Assembly (NCBI GenBank): GCA_023398335.1 | Contig: JAEWSJ010000037.1 | Coordinates: forward strand, 2,521 to 66,520 | From: Bacillota bacterium | Lineage (GTDB): Bacteria > Bacillota_I > Bacilli_A > RFN20 > CAG-288 | Reading direction: 5' to 3' | Length of the DNA stretch: 64,000 nucleotides | Shown here: positions 57,816-64,000 of the stretch, in pieces | How positions within the stretch are numbered: the stretch's first letter is position 1 | Layout of the letters: each line of letters begins with the position of its first letter | Translations under genes and position numbers: made by a program | Notes under the pieces: model-generated | The model's input: only the letters and a program-made list of their open reading frames with translations | Databases searched by the model: none | Told to the model about the DNA's origin: nothing

Positions 57816-57837
57816 AAATGCGCATAAACACGCATTT
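57816..57837. promoter_or_regulatory. Palindrome AAATGCG-N8-CGCATTT upstream of rnfC (candidate operator / 5'-UTR hairpin)
   Basis: Perfect 7-bp arms 110-130 nt upstream of the rnfC ATG. Confidence 0.25.
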
Positions 57838-57865
57838 CTTGATTTTTCTTTATCGTTTTTGCTAC

Positions 57866-58831
57866 TTAGTTTTCCGTTACTTTTTCGCTAAGTAAGACAC
57901 CTTTAACATCTTTATATTTCAATGTTTCTCCAAGTGGAATGCCACTGTAAGTTAAACCATCTAATAACAAATCAATATCTTTAAATAATAATTCGTTAGA
58001 TAAAGAACAATAATTGCCTTTTAGTTTCCTAATAGCTAAATCGTATAGTTCATTAAAAGACATGACTGAACTTTTTCCCGTGTATGGATCTTGCCACGCT
58101 AGATGATTTTCATTTAATACATTGTGATTAGTTTTAAATGGAATATGTAAGGCCCCAACTCTTCCTTTACCTAATAATTTAGTTTTAAATGCGCTAATTC
58201 CGTTAGTAAAACGAAGACATGCTCTCATATTGAGTATGGCAGACTTATAAATGTTATCCGCTATTTTTTTTTCAAAATACGTACGAAGAACATTATCAAA
58301 GTGCTTAGAAATAACATCTAACTTTTTATCATCTATTGCAATAACTTGATATGGCTTATTAATCAGTTCTTCGCTTTCGTTACGTAAACAAACTAAGGAA
58401 GAATCAATACGTGCTTCAAAGTGCGGATGTAAATAATGATACTTACCACTTAAATGACCACCATCATCAAAGCCAGAAAAATAATAGACGTATGGGTGAA
58501 CAGTAGAATCTAGAATATAATGGGCAAACTGCCCATAAGTAAACGCTAAAAACATGTTCTTTTCTTCAAGATTAGAAATATCTTTAGTTTCGTTTATCAT
58601 TAATCTAAAGAGACGTTTGCCATCTGATTTATGTAATTGACCACCATATTTCTTATTTGCTTCAAATAAATGAAGCCCGTTAAAAGGAAGAAGTCCGAAG
58701 AAAAACAACGGATCTGGACCTTGGGTTCCTAATAAGAAGCAATCTTCGTTATTGATTAAGAAATCTTTTTTATCTGTTATGGATTTTAAGAAATCTGACG
58801 CGAAGAAATAATGAGTTAATGTACTGGGCAT
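57866..58831 (-). CDS. Zinc-dependent phospholipase C-family protein (putative)
   Basis: The N-terminal 'THYFFA' and spaced His/Asp residues (HKSDG, HYILDST.HP) loosely fit the Zn_dep_PLPC pattern. Confidence 0.4.
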   Translation of the reverse strand: MPSTLTHYFFASDFLKSITDKKDFLINNEDCFLLGTQGPDPLFFFGLLPFNGLHLFEANKKYGGQLHKSDGKRLFRLMINETKDISNLEEKNMFLAFTYGQFAHYILDSTVHPYVYYFSGFDDGGHLSGKYHYLHPHFEARIDSSLVCLRNESEELINKPYQVIAIDDKKLDVISKHFDNVLRTYFEKKIADNIYKSAILNMRACLRFTNGISAFKTKLLGKGRVGALHIPFKTNHNVLNENHLAWQDPYTGKSSVMSFNELYDLAIRKLKGNYCSLSNELLFKDIDLLLDGLTYSGIPLGETLKYKDVKGVLLSEKVTEN

Positions 58832-58842
58832 AGTATAAAAAA

Positions 58843-59418
58843 TTACTTAACTAATGTGCCGTATATTTCACCAGCTAAACCACCAGCGTTACATTCATCG
58901 GTATCGATATGCATAGCTAAAGCATATTTAGGAGAGACTCTAATTACTACATCACCAAAGACTAAATGTCTATCGAACTTAGATTCGCAATTAACGGAAA
59001 CAATTTCTCCGTCTTTTACTCCAAAGTTTTCAGCATCAGCTGGTGTCATATGAATATGACGTTTAGCGACGATAACACCTTCTTTTAATTCAACTTCACC
59101 GACTGGTCCAACAATCTTACATGGCGCAGATCCTTCGATCTTTCCAGATTCTCTAACTGGAGCAGAAACGCCGATTACTCTAGCGTCGGAAAAAGATAAT
59201 TCAACTTGGTTATGATCTCTACACGGACCAAGAATAGAACAAGCAAGTTCTCCTTTGGGGCCAACAACTTTGACTTTATCAAAAGAAGCGAATTGTCCAG
59301 GTTGAGATAAGTCTTTCTTTGAGACTAATTCATGACCTTTACCAAATAAGACTTCAAGAACTTCTTTAGTAACATGTACGTGACGTGCACTTGTTTCAAT
59401 TAAAATTTTGTTTTCCAT
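58843..59418 (-). CDS. pduL: PduL-type phosphate acyltransferase (phosphotransacylase)
   Basis: Two PduL repeat motifs, 'ARHVHVTKEVLE...GPKGELACSILGPCRDHNQVE' and 'RHIHMTPADAENFGVKDGE'. Confidence 0.75.
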   Translation of the reverse strand: MENKILIETSARHVHVTKEVLEVLFGKGHELVSKKDLSQPGQFASFDKVKVVGPKGELACSILGPCRDHNQVELSFSDARVIGVSAPVRESGKIEGSAPCKIVGPVGEVELKEGVIVAKRHIHMTPADAENFGVKDGEIVSVNCESKFDRHLVFGDVVIRVSPKYALAMHIDTDECNAGGLAGEIYGTLVK

Positions 59419-59569
59419 ATTTCATTCCTCTTTTATAGATAGTTTTTTCTAACACTATTAGATTAACACAAATATCGTTTTTTGAACTATAAAATACTTA
59501 TTTATTTCAATTTTGTACTTGAAAACATATTGCTAAAATAAGAAATAAACATGGTAAGATATATATGCT

Positions 59570-60391
59570 ATGAAAAAAGACACACTTAAGTTTCTCAAAG
59601 ATAACAATGTTGAAGTAGATTCAATTATTGAGTTAAAAGAAGGTATTTCCAATACTAATTATCTAATTAATGATTCGTATGTTTTAAAAGAACCTTTTGA
59701 TGTATCTTTTTCACGTATCAATTCTGCTATAGTAGCTTTTCAAAATAAAAATAATTTAACTGATATTTCTCCTGCCGTTCTTGCCTATAATACTAAACTT
59801 GGACTACTACTTACAAAATACTTAAAAGGTTATCATCCATTGACTAAAGAAGAACTAAACGATGAAATAATAGACAAAATAATAAATCTATTATCTACTT
59901 TTCATTTATCTTCTTTTGATCTTCCAAAACTAGATTACATTTCTCTTTTAACGTTATATCGAAATATGATTGATACAAAAGATAGAATCTATCTTGAAGT
60001 AATTGAATCTTCCTCTATCTTACAAGGTGAGTTAGAAATAAGTCATATGGACTTACTTCTATCTAACTTTATGATAAATGATTCAAAGCATTTAGAATTA
60101 ATCGACTATGAGTTTTGTTCCTATGCTCCAAAATACTTCGACCTTATCTCTCTTCTTGAAGAAAACAATTTAAACGATAATCTAAAAGCTAAAATTATTT
60201 GTAAATATTTTGATAATGAGAAAGAAAAAGAAGCCTTCTTAGCTAAATATAATACCTACGCAGCATTATCTGATCTACTTTGGTATCACTGGGCTTACGC
60301 TAGATATATAAATAGTGGAAAAAAAGTTTTTTATGAGATTGCCATCCATAAAAAAGACGCTTTATATAAACATCTTAAATTAGTAGATTAA
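59570..60391 (+). CDS. Choline/ethanolamine-kinase-like phosphotransferase (APH/ChoK fold)
   Basis: 'GISNTNYLI' nucleotide loop, Brenner motif 'HMDLLLSNFMI', and 'LIDYEF'. Confidence 0.55.
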   Translation: MKKDTLKFLKDNNVEVDSIIELKEGISNTNYLINDSYVLKEPFDVSFSRINSAIVAFQNKNNLTDISPAVLAYNTKLGLLLTKYLKGYHPLTKEELNDEIIDKIINLLSTFHLSSFDLPKLDYISLLTLYRNMIDTKDRIYLEVIESSSILQGELEISHMDLLLSNFMINDSKHLELIDYEFCSYAPKYFDLISLLEENNLNDNLKAKIICKYFDNEKEKEAFLAKYNTYAALSDLLWYHWAYARYINSGKKVFYEIAIHKKDALYKHLKLVD

Positions 60392-60400
60392 GTAGCAAGC

Positions 60401-60425
60401 AAAAAAGCGGTTTGAGCCGCTTTTC
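60401..60425. terminator. Bidirectional intrinsic terminator (kinase / gltX convergent)
   Basis: AAAAAGCGG-tttgag-CCGCTTTT. Confidence 0.6.
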
Positions 60426-60426
60426 G

Positions 60427-62091
60427 TTATAGTTTTTCAATAACAGCTTGAATTCTATTATTAACTTCTTCTTTTCCTAAAATGTGTAAGACTTGATAAA
60501 GGTTTGGAGATTGTTTTGAAGTTGTAAGAGAAAGTCTTAACATTTCCGCTACATCACCGACATGTCCTTTATAACTGTCTTTATCCTTTTTATATATCTT
60601 GAAGTTTTCAGCAAAGCCATGTTTAACCGCAAGAGCTTTTAATGAAGCAAACCATGATTGTTCATCCAAAGAATAATCCATAGTAGTCATAAATTCTGAG
60701 AGAACTTCTTTTATTAATGATTTGTCAATAAATGGGTTCCATTCAAGAACATTTTCTTTGGCCATATTAACGTAATATTGTGGATAGAAGAACTTAATCT
60801 TATCGAGAACATCGATGAATTTTTCATAATCTTTACGTGGTTTTTCTTGTTCTCTTTCAATATTGATAATACTTTCGAATTTGGCTTTATCTGAGAGAAT
60901 TAAATCTTTTAATTCTGGATTATATTTATTCGCCCAATTTAAGCAAAGTGAAGTAAATTCTTCTTTGGTATAATACGCCAAGACTTCTTTACAAATATTT
61001 TGTAATTTTGGTAAATCGAACAACGCACCATCTAATGACATTTTTTCAAATGTGAAATTAAATTCCTTAACTGGAGTCCGTGGGTTTTGTAAAAGCCATT
61101 CTTCAAAGTTTGAATTAGCGATGGTTAATAAGTATTTAATAATACCTTCAACTGGATAACCTTGTTCAAGAAAGAAGCTTACAGCTGCTTCTTGGTCTTT
61201 ACGTTTCGATAACTTTCTCTTGTTTCCATTATCTAACTTCATAATAACTGGAAGATGAGCGTAGGAAGGAGCTTTGAAGCCCATGGTATTAAATAAATCT
61301 AAATGAATTGGTAAAGAAGAAATCCATTCTTCTCCTCTAGTAACAATAGTCGTATGCATAAAATGATCATCGCAAAGGTGAGCAAAATGATATGTTGGTA
61401 AGCCGTCGCTCTTTAAAATAACGATATCTTGATCGTTTTCGGATAAAGCTAAGTCTCCTCTTACTAAATCATGAACTCGAACGTAATTTAAATGATTACC
61501 TTCGGATTTAAATCTGATGACATATTTATCTCCGTTTTGAACCTTTTCATAAACTTCATCAATTGATAAATAGCGGCATTTAGCATATTCGCCATAGTAG
61601 CCAGGAATAACTTTATTTGCTTCTTGAGTTTGACGTAATAAGTCAAGGTCAGCAGAAGAACAGAAGCAAGGATATGCTCTTCCTCTTCTAATTAATTCCT
61701 TAATACATACTTTATATACATCCGCACGTTTAGATTGAACATAAGGACCATATTGACCTTCTTCATGGTCTCCGAAATATCCTTCGTTTTGTTTAACTCC
61801 AAATATTTCAAGTTGTTCAACTAATTCTTTTCCACTTCCTTCTACTTCTCTCTTTTGGTCAGTATCTTCAAGACGGAAATAGTAAACACCTTTGGATTGA
61901 TGCGCAACAGTATAAGCAATAAGAGCGGTAAATAATGAGCCTGTGTGTAAGAAGCCTGTTGGGGATGGAGCAAATCTAGTGACTGCAGCACCTTCTGGTA
62001 GTTTTCTTTCAGGATATTCTTTTTCTAAATCAGCAACTGTTTTAGTTACTTCTGGAAAAATAAGATCCGCTAATTCTTCGTATGTATGCAT
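60427..62091 (-). CDS. gltX: Glutamate--tRNA ligase (long form)
   Basis: 'RFAPSPTGFLHTGS', 'LRLEDTD', 'DGLPTYHFAHLCDD' and 'KLSKRK', which are GluRS rather than GlnRS signatures. Confidence 0.8.
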   Translation of the reverse strand: MHTYEELADLIFPEVTKTVADLEKEYPERKLPEGAAVTRFAPSPTGFLHTGSLFTALIAYTVAHQSKGVYYFRLEDTDQKREVEGSGKELVEQLEIFGVKQNEGYFGDHEEGQYGPYVQSKRADVYKVCIKELIRRGRAYPCFCSSADLDLLRQTQEANKVIPGYYGEYAKCRYLSIDEVYEKVQNGDKYVIRFKSEGNHLNYVRVHDLVRGDLALSENDQDIVILKSDGLPTYHFAHLCDDHFMHTTIVTRGEEWISSLPIHLDLFNTMGFKAPSYAHLPVIMKLDNGNKRKLSKRKDQEAAVSFFLEQGYPVEGIIKYLLTIANSNFEEWLLQNPRTPVKEFNFTFEKMSLDGALFDLPKLQNICKEVLAYYTKEEFTSLCLNWANKYNPELKDLILSDKAKFESIINIEREQEKPRKDYEKFIDVLDKIKFFYPQYYVNMAKENVLEWNPFIDKSLIKEVLSEFMTTMDYSLDEQSWFASLKALAVKHGFAENFKIYKKDKDSYKGHVGDVAEMLRLSLTTSKQSPNLYQVLHILGKEEVNNRIQAVIEKL

Positions 62092-62110
62092 AATTTCTTT
62101 CTCCTTTATA

Positions 62111-63127
62111 TTATTTAAGTGGTTTTATATAGAATCGACCATAGACTTGATTGGAATTAACTACGTTTACAAATGCGTATTTATCAAGTTTTCTAACTAG
62201 TTCTACAACTTCTTTAACTTCTGACATTGATACTACCATGTATATCATTTTACGAGGCTGACCGGTGTATCCACCTACAGCATCAACTATGGTACAACCA
62301 TGCGGAACTGTTCTAAGTAACAAGACTGGTAAATTTTCATCTGAAGTCGTAATCTGCAATTCAGTCTTTCTATTTTTAATATTAACTATATCGACAACTT
62401 TAGCACAAGTGAAGAAATAGATAATTGTAAATAAAGCCATTTTTACTTCTTCTAATCCGCCGATATAAATACATTGTAACAAGGTATAAATAATAACTGT
62501 AACTCCATTGATGAATAATGAGTATTTACCAACTGAAGTTGATTTCTTCTCAGCTATAGCAAACGCGACTATATCAATTCCTCCAGCGGAGGAGCCAACT
62601 GAGAAAGCACATCCAGAAGATAATCCAGTTAAGATGCCAGCAAATAAGGCACGAGCGATATAATCTGTATCAATTTGGAATATAACCACCGCTTCGTTTG
62701 GCAAGACTTCAATTAGTACTGAAGTAAGGACAACGTTATATATTGTAGTTATAGTAAATTTTTTACCAATGAATTTCCACGCTATAAAGAATAAAGGAAT
62801 ATTTATTGCTAAATAAAGCGAAGATTGAATTAGGTTTTCATTTTCTTTATATCCAAATATTTGAATAATTTTAACAAAGACCTGCGCAATACCAGAAGCA
62901 CCACCAGAAATAAGGTGGGAAGCAACCTTTGGAGCGATAAAAGCTCGATAACCATAGGAGAATAAAATAGCTGATAAAGTTAGCATGAAAAAAATATAAA
63001 TATTAGAAACTATAGTTTTTGTAACCGGATGATCTAATAAATACTCCGTGAAATCACCTTTAGCTTTATCAATAGAAATAATCCTCTTTTTTGAATTTTT
63101 CTTGTTACCAAGTTCTTTTTTTGCCAT
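62111..63127 (-). CDS. YitT-family membrane protein (DUF161 + DUF2179)
   Basis: A polytopic N-domain with a repeated G-rich TM pattern, plus a C-terminal soluble domain. Confidence 0.7.
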   Translation of the reverse strand: MAKKELGNKKNSKKRIISIDKAKGDFTEYLLDHPVTKTIVSNIYIFFMLTLSAILFSYGYRAFIAPKVASHLISGGASGIAQVFVKIIQIFGYKENENLIQSSLYLAINIPLFFIAWKFIGKKFTITTIYNVVLTSVLIEVLPNEAVVIFQIDTDYIARALFAGILTGLSSGCAFSVGSSAGGIDIVAFAIAEKKSTSVGKYSLFINGVTVIIYTLLQCIYIGGLEEVKMALFTIIYFFTCAKVVDIVNIKNRKTELQITTSDENLPVLLLRTVPHGCTIVDAVGGYTGQPRKMIYMVVSMSEVKEVVELVRKLDKYAFVNVVNSNQVYGRFYIKPLK

Positions 63128-63251
63128 TAATATATCCTACCTCTTAAGTACATAACTATTATACATTGAACCTTTGTTAATTTGTATCTTTTTTGGCTTT
63201 AAAAAAGCCTGCTTTTTCAAGCAGACTTAATTATTCGTACTTACCTACTTA

Positions 63252-63446
63252 TTAGTTAGCCTTAGCTTTAACTTCAATGACTTTTTTGCCATTGTAGTAG
63301 CCACAACTTGGGCATACGTGATGTGATGGTATCATCGCTCCACAGTTGCTACAGGTAACTAACCCTTGAGGATTAAGTTTGAAATGTGTTCTTCTTAAAC
63401 GCTTTCTGGTTTTAGAAGTACGTCTTGCTGGAACTGCCATATTCAC
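63252..63446 (-). CDS. rpmF: 50S ribosomal protein L32
   Basis: '[18 protein letters not shown]' plus a CxxC...CxxC zinc ribbon. Confidence 0.85.
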   Translation of the reverse strand: MNMAVPARRTSKTRKRLRRTHFKLNPQGLVTCSNCGAMIPSHHVCPSCGYYNGKKVIEVKAKAN

Positions 63447-63604
63447 ACCTCGCTTTCCGCATTCGCAACTAAAATTATACTAATCTTATAATCTATTGTC
63501 AATTAGAAACTATGAGATTTTAACACGAATTTATCAAAGTGACAAGTCGGGCTTGATTAATTCTATGTTTTAATTAATCCAATAATTGTTTTTGAAAACA
63601 ATTT

Positions 63605-64000
63605 CTAATTAATTCCAAATGATTTGATGTAAATTGCCTTTGAAGATGTTTGTGTAATGACAAATTTGACTTCACCTGATAAAACACCATCGTTGGCTAC
63701 TTCAAATACATAATCTGTTGGAGTTGTGGTAAGTGTTTTTTTCTCTCCAATTTGTTCGCCGTTAATATATGCTGTTATTTTTCCATTGATACTCTTAGCC
63801 CCTGAACAATTCATTGATAATTTTTTTATTCCACCCGAATAGTATTTTGTCGATAAAGAAATCTCTTTTGCAGGATCACTTCCGGATCCTATTTGGAATC
63901 CTTTATTATTATTAGCATCCCATACAATAAAGTTTCCATTATTTGATGTAGACCACTCATAGTCTCCGCATTTGTAATCAGTTACCGAATTGTTTTCTAC
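63605..64000 (-). CDS. 3' end of a gene running off the window (secreted/surface-type protein fragment)
   Basis: The minus-strand frame stays open from 63814 to the window edge. The sequence is Gly/Ser/Asn/Thr-rich. Confidence 0.3.
   Translation of the reverse strand, partial: VENNSVTDYKCGDYEWSTSNNGNFIVWDANNNKGFQIGSGSDPAKEISLSTKYYSGGIKKLSMNCSGAKSINGKITAYINGEQIGEKKTLTTTPTDYVFEVANDGVLSGEVKFVITQTSSKAIYIKSFGIN

Noticed and set aside
60427-62091. Glutaminyl-tRNA synthetase assignment for the 554-aa class-I synthetase
   Set aside because: The motifs (APSPTG, RLEDTD, DGLPTYHFAHLCDD, KLSKR) follow the GluRS pattern, not the GlnRS pattern.
1-64000. Prophage, integrative element or transposon
   Set aside because: No integrase, transposase, recombinase, terminal inverted repeats or tRNA-flanked direct repeats were seen. 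tRNA-Gln and tRNA-Ser are intact with normal flanks.

Overview
This is a 64-kb chromosomal segment, AT-rich (about 30% G+C by eye, not computed) and densely coding on both strands. The gene content points to a low-GC Firmicute or Mollicute-like anaerobe, roughly Erysipelotrichia or Acholeplasma-like. Signal-peptide-Cys lipoproteins, Rnf, SufCDSUB and ComFA/ComFC are all present. Translation uses the standard code 11: sufU ends in a TGA that overlaps the sufB ATG, and ORFs of more than 600 aa stay intact. Content is almost entirely core housekeeping. I found no integrase, transposase, phage genes, CRISPR array or obvious defence cassette.

Conserved syntenies:
- An Opp/Nik-type ABC importer (SBP-B-C), then a His-rich TPR protein, then comFA-comFC.
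- A tRNA-Gln, then rlmH, a yycJ-like gene, dnaB, rplI and gdpP.
- sufC-D-S-U-B followed directly by mnmG.
- rpsF-ssb-rpsR.
- speA-speB-metK.
- rnfC-D-G-E-A followed by an unusual tail.

Candidates worth a second look, best first:
- An atypical Rnf locus. RnfB is reduced to its N-terminal Fe-S membrane domain. It is preceded by a tiny Cys-rich TM protein and followed by NusG-domain-II, Gx-transporter and TSCPD genes. An ApbE-like flavin-transferase lipoprotein lies about 5 kb away.
- A glutamine-dependent NAD synthetase carrying an N-terminal Phd/YefM-antitoxin-like domain.
- ung co-oriented in a tight block with a 694-aa membrane protein (acidic disordered tail, K/P-rich repeats) and a 305-aa unknown.
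- An N-domain-less trigger-factor paralog.
- Tandem PrsA-like giant lipoproteins.
- A GC-rich dyad/repeat cluster in the suf-lipoprotein divergent promoter region.
- Several small hypothetical membrane-protein operons.

All calls rest on reading motifs in the supplied translations and the DNA. No database search was run.
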